Assembly: GCA_963707025.1 (NCBI GenBank)
Contig: CAVPOM010000007.1
Coordinates: 384,001 to 448,000 of the forward strand
Length of the DNA: 64,000 nucleotides
Reading direction: 5' to 3'
Source: an uncultured Verrucomicrobiae bacterium
Lineage (GTDB): Bacteria; Verrucomicrobiota; Verrucomicrobiia; Limisphaerales; Palsa-1400
The position numbers and the translations under genes are program-made. This document shows, one piece after another, positions 1-9,451 of this stretch; within the stretch, counting starts at the first letter, position 1; each line of letters opens with the position of its first letter. The notes below the pieces were generated by a model, which was given only the letters and a program-made list of their open reading frames with translations, did no database searches and was not told the DNA's origin.

Positions 1-4
1 GGAA

Positions 5-538
5 TTGCAAGAATTGCTGGCCAGAGGCCACCCCGACTTTGAGGCACTCCCGAACTTTGTGAAAATCCTGGCTAAATCCCGCGCGGCGGCGGTGGCCTAT
101 GTGCTGGCCGACGACGCCCTGGCGGAAGGCCGGCTTTCGCAACGACAGCGGGAACAGATCGCCCTGGCGGTAGCGGAAATAAATGGCTCCCAGTATTGCC
201 TGCGGGCGCATGCGCTGGCCGGCAGGAAGGCCGGGTTGAGCGGGGAGGAGATCCAGTCGGCCCGCCGGGCGGCGGCACCCGAAGGGAAAGCCGATCAGAT
301 GTTGCGTTTCACCCAGTCCCTGGTTCTGCAACGCGGGGACATCAGCGATGAGGACCTGAACGCCTTGCGCCAAGCCGGTTTTTCGGATGCGGAGATGATT
401 GAAATCGTGGCCAATATCGCCCTGAATGTTTTCACCAATTATCTGAATATTCTGTCCAAGACGGAGGTGGATTGCCCCGCCATTACGGACGGGCAGCCGA
501 ACGTCCTCCCGGGTAAATCCACACCCGTGCCTGCCTGA
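5..538 (+). CDS. Carboxymuconolactone decarboxylase/AhpD-family protein (probably 5'-truncated by the window)
   Basis: Motifs LSQRQREQIALAVAEINGSQYCLRAH and GFSDAEMIEIVANIALNVFTNY, typical of the AhpD-like/CMD family. Confidence 0.8.
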   Translation: MQELLARGHPDFEALPNFVKILAKSRAAAVAYVLADDALAEGRLSQRQREQIALAVAEINGSQYCLRAHALAGRKAGLSGEEIQSARRAAAPEGKADQMLRFTQSLVLQRGDISDEDLNALRQAGFSDAEMIEIVANIALNVFTNYLNILSKTEVDCPAITDGQPNVLPGKSTPVPA

Positions 539-826
539 AGAATGGTTCGCATTCAGACTCTATTTCCTGCCCAGGGCTTCGATCACGGCGGCTTGGATTT
601 CTTCCGGTTTGAGCTTGGCGGAAAGGTATTTTCCATCCGGGCCGATCAGGAAAATGGCCGGAAGAATGGGTGGGCCGAATGGCCCGGGAGGACGGGGCGG
701 ACAATTGTGCCTCGCTTGGACGGGGGAAAGCTGGAACGGAGTCTCGTCCCTGTGTTCCCAAGGGTATTTCGTTCATCGCTTTCAATACCATTGCCGAAGC
801 CCCGCCCGTGAAGTAGGCTGGCGCGC

Positions 827-2440
827 GTGAACCGGCGCGATTTTTTCAAGACCGGCCTGGCCGGCGGCGCGGCGGCGTGGGCGATTTCGGCCACCGCCAG
901 CGCCGGCGCGGCGCCCCAACCGTCCTCCCGTTTGCCCGCCTTCGAATGGGAGGAAGTGACCGTCCGCCAATTGCAGGCCGCGATGCAGGCGGGACGGCTC
1001 ACGGCGTCCGCCATCACGCGCCAATATCTTCGCCGCATTCGCGACCTGGACCAGCGCGGCCCGAAGCTCAATTCGGTCATCGAACTGAATCCGGACGCGC
1101 TCGGGATGGCCCAGGCTCTCGACCGGGAGCGAAAAGAGCGCGGGCCGCGCGGGCCGCTGCATGGCATACCGATCCTGATTAAGGACAACATCGCCACGCA
1201 CGACAAAATGATGACAACCGCCGGTTCGCTGGCGCTGGCCGGGGCGGTTCCGCCCGCCGACGCTTTTGTGGTGCAACGACTGCGCGCGGCGGGGGCCGTC
1301 ATTTTGGGCAAGACGAATCTGAGTGAATGGGCCGATTTTCGCTCGACCCACGCCACCAGTGGCTGGAGTGGGCGGGGGGGCTTGACCTTGAGCCCCTACG
1401 TCCTGGATCGCAATCCGTCCGGCTCCAGTTCCGGTTCCGGCGCGGCGGCCTCGGCCAACTTGTGCGCGGTCGCGGTCGGCACGGAGACCGACGGTTCCAT
1501 CACCTCGCCCTGCTCCTACAATGGCCTGGTGGGCCTCAAGCCAACCGTCGGCCTGGTCAGCCGGTCCGGCATCATTCCCATTGCCCACAGCCAGGACACG
1601 GCGGGTCCGATGGCGCGGACCGTGGCGGACGCGGCCGTTCTCCTGGGAGCCCTGGCCGGAGAGGATGCCGATGATCCGGCCACCGCCGGCGCCGGGGGAA
1701 AAATGGCGCCCGACTACACCGCGTTCCTCGACGCGGCGGCACTGCGGGGAGCGCGCCTGGGCGTGGCGCGAAAGTTCTTTGGAATTATGGACGCGGTGGA
1801 CAAATTGATGGAAGAGGCGATTGCGGCGATGAAAAGCCACGGCGCGCTGATCAGCGATCCAGCGGATCTGCCCAGCCACGGAAAGTACGGCGACAACGAG
1901 GACGAGGTGCTGGCCTGCGAATTCAAGGCCGACTTGAATCAATACCTGGCGTGGCTCGGTCCGTCCGCGCCGGTGCATTCGCTGGCCGAAATCATTGCTT
2001 TCAATGAACGCAACAAGGCCAGGGAAATGCCGTGGTTCGGCCAGGAGCTTTTTCTCAAGGCGCAAGCCAAGGGCCCGCTGACGGAGCAGGCTTATCTGGA
2101 CGCGCTCGCTCGCAACCACCGCCTTTCCCGCGAAGAAGGGATTGACGCGGTCATGGACCGCCTGCAACTGGACGCGATCATCGCTCCGACGACCGGCCCG
2201 GCCCAACGGACCGACCTGCTCTGGGGAGATCGCGATACGGGGGGCTGCACGACGCCCGCCGCCGTCGCGGGCTATCCGCACCTCACCGTGCCGATGGGCT
2301 TGGTGGACGGACTGCCGGTCGGCATTTCCTTTTTTGGCCGCGCTTGGAGCGAAGCGAAGCTGCTGGGCCTGGCCTTCGCCTTCGAACAGATGACCAAGGC
2401 GCGCCAACCGCCGCGCTTCCTTGCTTCGCTTCCGGGCTGA
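827..2440 (+). CDS. Amidase-signature family amidase, Tat-exported
   Basis: NRRDFFK twin-arginine leader; [19 protein letters not shown] and GTETDGSI signature motifs. Confidence 0.92.
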   Translation: MNRRDFFKTGLAGGAAAWAISATASAGAAPQPSSRLPAFEWEEVTVRQLQAAMQAGRLTASAITRQYLRRIRDLDQRGPKLNSVIELNPDALGMAQALDRERKERGPRGPLHGIPILIKDNIATHDKMMTTAGSLALAGAVPPADAFVVQRLRAAGAVILGKTNLSEWADFRSTHATSGWSGRGGLTLSPYVLDRNPSGSSSGSGAAASANLCAVAVGTETDGSITSPCSYNGLVGLKPTVGLVSRSGIIPIAHSQDTAGPMARTVADAAVLLGALAGEDADDPATAGAGGKMAPDYTAFLDAAALRGARLGVARKFFGIMDAVDKLMEEAIAAMKSHGALISDPADLPSHGKYGDNEDEVLACEFKADLNQYLAWLGPSAPVHSLAEIIAFNERNKAREMPWFGQELFLKAQAKGPLTEQAYLDALARNHRLSREEGIDAVMDRLQLDAIIAPTTGPAQRTDLLWGDRDTGGCTTPAAVAGYPHLTVPMGLVDGLPVGISFFGRAWSEAKLLGLAFAFEQMTKARQPPRFLASLPG

Positions 2441-2458
2441 GGCCGGCCATCAAATCAC

Positions 2459-3498
2459 TCAAGGATTGGCCGCCAGCAGTTCGTTGACTTTGGCCATCAC
2501 CGCGAAGGCGTCGGCCACATAAAGCACGTCGGCTTTGCCGCGCGCCCAGCCGCAGTTGGGGTCCAGGCTGATGGCGCGGCGCTCGCCGATGAAACGCCAG
2601 CCGACGGTGTGCGGCTCTTCGCCGTGGCAGCAGGTGCTCAAACCTTTGGCGTGCCGCGGGGTCGCGCCGGTCTGGCCGATCTGGTTGAGATGGGAGAGGA
2701 ACGGCAGCACCGCCTGGCCTTCGCCGCCCTGATCCACCAGCGATTTGCTGCTGCCCAGCGAGGCGCGTGTGAGCTTGAGAAAATCGAGGATCAACTTCTC
2801 CGCCTCCGGCAGATGCGTCTGGCCATCGGCCTGTTTCTTCGTCCAGCCCGCGCCGGTGACGAAGAGCAGTTGCGCGTCGGGCCGGATCGTTTGCGCATCG
2901 GCCTTGGGCTGGCGGATGCCAATCACCGTGGTGCGCTGCGCGGCATCGGGCAGAGGCACCGGAACCAGTTCAACCGCCGCCGCGCCCGCGGCCGCAATCG
3001 CACGCCGCCTGGCTGCCGGGGTCAATGAGCATGAACCACGGACGCTGCGTTCTGGTCAACGCGCGCTTCCATGCGCTGGCGATAATACCAGCGGTTGACC
3101 GCGGGCTTTCCACCGGCGTCGCTGAGGCCGGTGACATGGGTATCCACGCGTCCGCCGAGCCGTTGCGCGACGCCGGGCAAAACGCGATTCCAGCGCGAAG
3201 TGGCCGGAGCGACGACCAGGGTGGCCTGCGCCGCTTTGCAGATGGCTTCCGCCGCCGCCGCGTCGGTGGCATAGCGCGACTGGGCAAAATCCGCGCCCAC
3301 CACGCCGAAATACTTTGTGGCGGGACAGGCGGCGATGGAATTCGCGGCCGCCTGAACATTTTCGCCGATCAGCCCAACGAACAGTTTGGATCCGGCGATG
3401 GATTTGTTCAGGGCGCGGGCGGCGTGCAATGCTTCGCGGGCGGACTTGGCGAGCGAGCCGCCGGCTTCGGAGTGAGCGAGAAGAAGAATGGTTTCCAT
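2459..3498 (-). CDS. etfA: Electron transfer flavoprotein alpha subunit (frameshift near 3030)
   Basis: N-half METILLLAHSE... (ORF 3022-3558) joins C-half with QIGQTG and ADVLYVADAF (ORF 2459-3025); adjacent to etfB. Confidence 0.8.
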
Positions 3499-3520
3499 GG
3501 GAAGGGGGAGGGCTGGGTTA

Positions 3521-3591
3521 ATGGAGTGTTGGAGTGTTGGAGTGTTGGGTTGAAGCAAAGGAAGTTCACTACTCCATTACTCCATCACTCC
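3521..3591. repeat. Intergenic (GGAGTGTT)3 / (ACTCCATY)n imperfect hairpin repeat
   Basis: atggagtgttggagtgttggagtgttgg ... actactccattactccatcactcc between etfB and etfA. Confidence 0.7.
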
Positions 3592-3598
3592 GTTATGT

Positions 3599-4409
3599 TT
3601 ATTTCTTGATCCACTCGACGATTTCCTTCGCGATGTCGTCCGGCGATTTGTCCTTCACGATTTTGGTTTCGCGAAGTCTGTTTCGGCAGCGCCACGCTCG
3701 CGAAGCTCAATCCTTCGCCGGCGAGCTTCGCCGGCTTGGCCTTTTGCAACGCCGGCATCACCGTGCGCATGTTGACCATGCCAACCTGCGGATTGTTTTT
3801 CGGTTCCGGCAGATTGCCCGTGGCCCAGCCGAGCAACGCCGGCGCGCCCGCGCATTTTGAGACCTGATGTTTGCCGCCTTCGATGCGTTCCAGAATTTCC
3901 AGCGAACCATCGGCGTTCACCGTGAGCTGATCCACGCCTTGAAATTGATCGACGATGCCCAGCCGTTCGCCGACCATTTGCATCGTCGCGCCCGCGCCGC
4001 GCGAGGCGGATTCCCAGCCGCCGAAAACCAGCAGTCTGGATTTGTCGAGACCGGGAATGGTCTGGATGGCCTCGGCCAGCGCAGCGGCGACTTCCGCCGC
4101 CTCGGTGAAACCGCTGGCCGGACCGTCGAGCGCCACCAGTTCAAACGGCACTTTTTGCGCGACGGTCATCATCACCTGCTGGAGCTTGGCCTTCGGGCCG
4201 AGGCTGACGAGCCAGACTTTGCTGCCGGGCGCGTTCCTGGCCAGGTTCGCCGCTTCATAAAGCGCGTGGCCCGCCCACGGATCGAGGACGGCGGGCAGCA
4301 TCATTTCATTTTTCAACGCCGGGCCGGCCGGCGACGCGACCGGTTCAAGCGTCTGCAACGGATCGGGCACGATGCCGGCGCAAACGACGATTTGGTATGC
4401 GATGCTCAT
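3599..4409 (-). CDS. etfB: Electron transfer flavoprotein beta subunit (frameshift near 3680)
   Basis: IVVCAGIVPD, LDPWAGHALYEA and GGWESA motifs; the ETF-beta-like C-terminus RETKIVKDKSPDDIAKEIVEWIKK* lies in another frame, stop at 3599. Confidence 0.82.
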
Positions 4410-4416
4410 AAACGTT

Positions 4417-5028
4417 TCATTTCTTCAAAGTCATCTTCGACGGAAAACAACCGGCCACAGCAGCCCGCACTTCCTGCAACCAGGCGGCGCGCTGCGGGGC
4501 CGTGCTGGTGATCACCACGGCAAACGTCCGCCGCTGGACATTCTTCACGCCGCACAAATCAAACACGCATTTCTTCCACAAATTCTCCAGCGGATCGCCG
4601 AAAATCTCGCGCTCGCGATCCTGCGCCGTGTTGGCGGTGTTGAAAACAATCGCCGCCTTCGCTTTGAGCAGGCCGACGGGCACACCTTCGCCTTTGTCGT
4701 TGGCCACGAAACGATAGGCGATTTCCATCCGCAACACGCGGTCAATCCAGCCCTTCATAATCGCCGGCGGCATGCCCCACCAGTTCGGATGCACGATGAT
4801 AATCCCGCCGGCCTGGGCGATTTCCTGGCAATGGCCGGCGATGACCGGATCGAGCTTGGCGTCCGGTTGCAATTCAGCGGCGGAAAACAGCGGCGGAAAT
4901 TGTTCCTGGTAAAGATCATGCAGGGCGACTGTGTGGCGGTTCCGGCGCAGCGCTTCCGCCGCCGTGTTGGCGATGGCGTGGTTGAAACTCTCGGGATTCG
5001 GATGGGCGAGGATGATGGAGATGTTCAT
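4417..5028 (-). CDS. Flavodoxin-fold NAD(P)H dehydrogenase (quinone) family
   Basis: AHPNPESFNHA, DLY, PNWWGMPPAIMKGWIDRV motifs. Confidence 0.9.
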   Translation of the reverse strand: MNISIILAHPNPESFNHAIANTAAEALRRNRHTVALHDLYQEQFPPLFSAAELQPDAKLDPVIAGHCQEIAQAGGIIIVHPNWWGMPPAIMKGWIDRVLRMEIAYRFVANDKGEGVPVGLLKAKAAIVFNTANTAQDREREIFGDPLENLWKKCVFDLCGVKNVQRRTFAVVITSTAPQRAAWLQEVRAAVAGCFPSKMTLKK

Positions 5029-5083
5029 CAATTTTCGGCTGAACGCAGGCCGCCAGCGCCGGCGCGGAAGGCGACGGCCATGT

Positions 5084-5500
5084 TCACGGTGTCAGCAGCG
5101 CAACCTTGGGGAAATACTTTCTGAACCGCTCTTGGTCGCGGGTGGCAATCTTCCAGTGCATGATCTCCGCCTGGGCGCCGATGAAGAAGTCCGGCAGCGG
5201 CATTTTAGGCGCTGCACCGCCGCCCGAACCGCGCCGCGCGGTGACATATCGGCGATAAGCCTTGCCACAAAGGACCGCCACCCCGGCAGGCACATCATGC
5301 ACGGTGAGTCCCAGGCGTTTTATTTCCGGTTCCACGTCTTCCGGGTCGCGTGCTCCAGCGCACAATTCCGCCAGCGTCACCACACCAATTCCACCGCCTT
5401 CCGCTACCACCGCGTCCTCAATCTGCCTTTTGGACCACGCATGGTGTTGCTGGGTCGTATCGAGGGCATCCACAACGACGTTGGTGTCCAACAGGATCAT
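5084..5500 (-). CDS. vapC: PIN-domain (VapC-like) toxin
   Basis: MILLDTNVVVD, LAEL, PDFFIGAQA, IATRD PIN motifs; ATGA overlap with the upstream small gene. Confidence 0.88.
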   Translation of the reverse strand: MILLDTNVVVDALDTTQQHHAWSKRQIEDAVVAEGGGIGVVTLAELCAGARDPEDVEPEIKRLGLTVHDVPAGVAVLCGKAYRRYVTARRGSGGGAAPKMPLPDFFIGAQAEIMHWKIATRDQERFRKYFPKVALLTP

Positions 5501-5727
5501 GGCTCGCGCGTCATCGCGCGCAGCTCGTCCCACGACATGTCAAACTTCATCTTGGAAGCCGCGATGGCCTTGCGCACCTCCGCCCGGGTTTTTTTCTTCG
5601 GCGGCGCAGGTTTGTTCAGGCGCACCAAAAGGAAATGGCCGTTGCCTTCGTCCTCATAGGCGAACACGTCACCCGGCTTGGCGCCTGGCATGACCACCCG
5701 CTTCTTGCTGTCGGCGATTACTGTCAT
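5497..5727 (-). CDS. AbrB/MazE-like antitoxin
   Basis: 76 aa, DSKKRVVMPGAKPGDVF swapped-hairpin-like N-terminus; coupled to the PIN gene. Confidence 0.7.
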   Translation of the reverse strand: MTVIADSKKRVVMPGAKPGDVFAYEDEGNGHFLLVRLNKPAPPKKKTRAEVRKAIAASKMKFDMSWDELRAMTREP

Positions 5728-5775
5728 GGTGGGATAATCCCACATTCACGGCTGGGTGGCAAGGGCGGTTCCCGC

Positions 5776-7653
5776 TCAATTCTCCGCCGAGTGCAGGCCG
5801 CCGGCGCCGGCGCGGAAGATGATCCCGACCTGTCGGGACTCCGGATTTTCCGGAGAGGCGGACGGGCAGTTCCACAGGCAGGCGCCGCAGTGAACGCATT
5901 TCTCGCGGTCAAAAGCCGGCACGCCGTTTTGGCCGGGGGTGATGGCCTGGCCGGAACAGACTTCGACGCACAGCTTGGTGCCGCATTGCTGGCATTGGTT
6001 GGGAAAAACAAACGCGACATGATCGGCGTAGCCGGGCGGAGCCTGCACCTTCCCGCCCATCAGCAAGGCGTCCTGATGGGAGACGAGCAACTGGCCGTCG
6101 TACGGCACGGCCGGCCAGCCCGCGCGTTCCAGGAGGGCGGCGTGGGCGGAAACGCCGCGCGCGTAACAGTCGTCGCGAATCCGGCGCACTTCGCCGGGAG
6201 GAATGCGGCCGCGAAAATAATCTTCGAGCGGGGGAATGCGCTGCCACGGACGCAGCGGCTGGCCGGGCAGGACGAGCCGTCCGCCGCTCAAACCGGCCAG
6301 GGCCATGCCGAGCAGCCCGGTGACGACGCCGTGTTGAAAGCCGTCGCGCGATTTTTCGGCGGCGCGGGCTTCCTCTTCCACCCAACTGCCGCGGCGGCGT
6401 TGCACATAGGCCGCTTCGAGGTTTTCCTTGGTAAAAGGTTTCTTCGCCTTGAGCAGTTCGAGCACAGCTTGGGCGAGTTGCGTGCCGGTGGCCCAGGCTT
6501 CGTCCACGCCCGATCCGGTGAGGATGTTGGTGCTGCCGCTGCCTTCGCCGATTCGCGCGTAGCCGTCGCCGGCGAGATGCGGCTCGCCGCGGCGGCCGGA
6601 TTCACCGAGTGTCTTGGCGCCCCAGGACCGGAGTTTGCCGCCCTGGAGAAGATGCCAGAGATACGGGTGCATCATCCAATGCTGCAGGTAGCGGTAGGCC
6701 GTGCGCACCGGGCTGTCGAACCACGACGGGACGAAGATGCCCAGGGACGCGACGCGGCCGGGATGCACATAGAAGAATCCGAAGATTTCCGGCTCGGGGT
6801 AGCCGAAGGTGTGCAGCACCGTGCCCGGCTGGAGCGGGGTGTCGTCCGGCAAATCCACGACGAATTTCATCCCCACCGCCCAGTCGCTGGTGTGATGGTC
6901 TTCCGGCAAACCGAAAAGGTCATCCAATTGCCGGCCGACCGGGCCGACCGGGCCATCCCCCACCACGGTCAGCGCGGCGTGAATGTCCATGCCCGGCGTG
7001 AAGCCGTCAGCGGGCGCGCCCTGCCGGGTCACGCCCTGATCGAGCAAGCGGACGCCGGCCACTTTTCCGTTTTCGATGAGCGCCTGGGAGACGGGCATGC
7101 CGGGCCAGATTTGCACGGCGCCTGTGCTTTGCACCTGCGCGCCGACCCATTGCATAAATTGTCCCATCGAGAGCACCATGCCGCCGCGCTTGTGGAGGAA
7201 GCCGGGCGTCCAGGGCAGCTTCAAGGCCGCGCGCTCCAATGGCAGCGCCCAGCGGAAAGCGTGGATGAATTTGTCGGCGAGCCGCAGCATGGCCGAACGC
7301 CGGCTTGCTCCGGCGGGATCGAGCAGGTAAAGCACTTTCTCTTCGCCGACCGGCGCGGCCATGGGGATGCCGGCCTTGTCCATGTCCGGAAAGCTTGCCC
7401 GCAAGGCGCGGGCTTTGCTGACGACGCCGGAAACACCGAAGCCGATGTCGTCGGCGCGTTCGTAGCAAAGCACCTGGAGCGGCAGGCCGGGCGCCACGGC
7501 GCTTTCCACGGCGGGCGTGCCGTCGGCACGGACAAGTTGTTTGGACAGCGTGAAGAGAAAGCCCGCCGTGGCCGGGCCGAACCCGACGCACACGATGTCC
7601 GCGTCCATGCGCGGGCGGTCAATGGTGGGGGTTTCTGATGCTGGCTGCGACAT
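5776..7653 (-). CDS. ETF:quinone oxidoreductase / FixC-FixX-like flavoprotein with C-terminal 4Fe-4S domain
   Basis: DIVCVGFGPA FAD-binding motif; CQQCGTKLCVEVC and CVHCGACLWNC ferredoxin motifs; lies in the ETF operon. Confidence 0.88.
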   Translation of the reverse strand: MSQPASETPTIDRPRMDADIVCVGFGPATAGFLFTLSKQLVRADGTPAVESAVAPGLPLQVLCYERADDIGFGVSGVVSKARALRASFPDMDKAGIPMAAPVGEEKVLYLLDPAGASRRSAMLRLADKFIHAFRWALPLERAALKLPWTPGFLHKRGGMVLSMGQFMQWVGAQVQSTGAVQIWPGMPVSQALIENGKVAGVRLLDQGVTRQGAPADGFTPGMDIHAALTVVGDGPVGPVGRQLDDLFGLPEDHHTSDWAVGMKFVVDLPDDTPLQPGTVLHTFGYPEPEIFGFFYVHPGRVASLGIFVPSWFDSPVRTAYRYLQHWMMHPYLWHLLQGGKLRSWGAKTLGESGRRGEPHLAGDGYARIGEGSGSTNILTGSGVDEAWATGTQLAQAVLELLKAKKPFTKENLEAAYVQRRRGSWVEEEARAAEKSRDGFQHGVVTGLLGMALAGLSGGRLVLPGQPLRPWQRIPPLEDYFRGRIPPGEVRRIRDDCYARGVSAHAALLERAGWPAVPYDGQLLVSHQDALLMGGKVQAPPGYADHVAFVFPNQCQQCGTKLCVEVCSGQAITPGQNGVPAFDREKCVHCGACLWNCPSASPENPESRQVGIIFRAGAGGLHSAEN

Positions 7654-7671
7654 TGGCGATTTTGTTTCGGT

Positions 7672-8271
7672 TCAATGTTTCCCGGCGGGCCGGCGGCCGG
7701 ATGGTTTTGCCTGGATTTCGCCGCGGACATGAAATCCAATTTCACCGCGCTTCGGTTCCGGCTGGGGTGGCAGCGGCTCCATGAGCTTTTTGATTTCGCC
7801 GAGGATGTGGACGATGGCTTTTTCGTGAACGTCCAAACGTCCTGTCAATCGCCGCTCCAACTCCGCCAGTTTTTCCGCCAGTTGCACGTTTTGTCCCAGC
7901 ACCTCGCGCATCTTCACGAACGCCCGCACGACAAACACGCTCATCTGGACGGCGCGCGGACTGTTCAGGACATTGGCCGCCATGATCGCGCCGTGCTCGG
8001 TGAAGGCGAAGGGGAGTTTTCGCCGCCCACCGCGTCCTTTCTTTGATGTTGCAATTTGCAACATCAAACCGGCGAACTCGTCCGCCGTGAGTTGAAAAAC
8101 AAAATCCTCAGGGAATCGATCTATGTTGCGATTCACCTGCTGGTTAAGGCGGGTCGTGGTCACGTCGTAAACTCTTGCCAGGTCGGCATCCAAAATGACT
8201 CTCTGGCCGCGAATGATCCGAATGAGGTGTTCGACAGGCTGCCGGAGAATTACCGAGGTCTTGGTTTTCAT
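7672..8271 (-). CDS. ORF6N-domain DNA-binding protein
   Basis: IRGQRVILDADLARVYDVTTTRLNQQVNRNIDRFPEDFVFQLT ... PFAFTEHGAIMAANVLNSPRA. Confidence 0.9.
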   Translation of the reverse strand: MKTKTSVILRQPVEHLIRIIRGQRVILDADLARVYDVTTTRLNQQVNRNIDRFPEDFVFQLTADEFAGLMLQIATSKKGRGGRRKLPFAFTEHGAIMAANVLNSPRAVQMSVFVVRAFVKMREVLGQNVQLAEKLAELERRLTGRLDVHEKAIVHILGEIKKLMEPLPPQPEPKRGEIGFHVRGEIQAKPSGRRPAGKH

Positions 8272-8615
8272 GTGGTTGCGAGCGGATTGGAAACCGCAAA
8301 TCCCTGTTGATAAGACGGTTGGCATCTTGAGGTCACAATTTGTGACCTCAAACCGAAAGCCGAGGCGAATGCGACGCAAACGATGTCCGCGTCCATCCGA
8401 TGGCGGCTAATGTTGGTTTGATCGATCATGGAGAATTGGCCCCGTTTCAAGGTCGCAGTTTGCGACCTTGAACGCCGAAAGTCATCCGTCGCCTTTGATA
8501 TCGCAATTTGCGAGCTCAAACCGAAAGCCGCATCGAAGCCAACGCAAACGATGTCCGCACACATGTGCTGGTCAGCGGTGAGCCGAGATCCATGGCTTGG
8601 GCGGGGCACCTTCAT
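8268..8615 (-). pseudogene. Composite open frame of two FixCX 5' stubs plus ORF6N-type palindromes
   Basis: Encodes HMCADIVCVGF and ISRHRMDADIVCVAF (compare IDRPRMDADIVCVGF at the start of 5776-7653), each followed by GL(R/S)SQI(V/A)(T/I)S. Confidence 0.7.
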
Positions 8616-8632
8616 GAAATGCGGGGCGCTCC

Positions 8633-9424
8633 TTAAGTTCCACCGAAATCGCGGTAACGCTTCGCCATGCGTTTTAAGATCCTCTCCTTCTGCGTCAACC
8701 AACTCTTGGCATTGGTTAACGTCACTCCGTCCCAATTATCGTCATCTTTCCTCCACCAGAGATTGAGGAAGGTACGGCGCAAAGTCAGCCCACCGATCAA
8801 GCGGTTTTTGCATTTGTAGCGAACCTGAACTCCGTTCCCGGCTGGAACAGCTTCCATGTCCTGTCCAAGCTTCTTGATGTCGGAGTGGACTTTGGTACAT
8901 GTCGTTTTCACATCAGGAAGATTGACATACGCGAAAACACTATCAAGCGACGCGGGCGCTGAATACTCAGTTTCAGACTCAAATGGGACTTCTTTGCAGT
9001 ACAAACCTTTTTCACCGCTGTTCGTTGCAAGATAGGAGTATTCTCTAAGCGAAATGTCCGGCTTGAAGTGGCGTACCGCTCGTTTCAACCGTTCACTGAA
9101 ACTGGATGCTACGAGAATGACGCGAGGATCCTCCTCCGCGACAACTTTCGCCAATTTTTCATACTCCTTGGCCAAGCGGTCGCGATTGCTCGAAACATAA
9201 TCGTAGTATCCAATGCTTGTAATAACATCCCGTCGTCCTCGCCAACCTTTAGTTCGATCACGACGAGAACGCCGTCCCCGTCGGCTGCCAAGAACGTCAA
9301 TGTACTTTCCGTTCGCACGGCGTTGATGTGTCAAGCAGGTTAAGCCATCCTCAATTGATTCCGGCTCCTTGAGCACGAGCGATTCAAGCTCCCGTTCTTG
9401 GTCTATTTCGATTTTCTTGAACAT
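8633..9424 (-). CDS. NucS/DUF91-like PD-(D/E)xK nuclease-domain protein (two compensating frameshifts ~9290 and ~9210)
   Basis: ERELESLV...IDVL + AADGDGVLVVIELK...QAL(D)Y across frames; RVILVASSF; AT-richer than flanks. Confidence 0.72.
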   Translation of the reverse strand: MFKKIEIDQERELESLVLKEPESIEDGLTCLTHQRRANGKYIDVLGSRRGRRSRRDRTKGWRGRRDVITSIGYYDYVSSNRDRLAKEYEKLAKVVAEEDPRVILVASSFSERLKRAVRHFKPDISLREYSYLATNSGEKGLYCKEVPFESETEYSAPASLDSVFAYVNLPDVKTTCTKVHSDIKKLGQDMEAVPAGNGVQVRYKCKNRLIGGLTLRRTFLNLWWRKDDDNWDGVTLTNAKSWLTQKERILKRMAKRYRDFGGT

Positions 9425-9451
9425 AGTTGGTAGGTGTTGATCCTTATCTAT

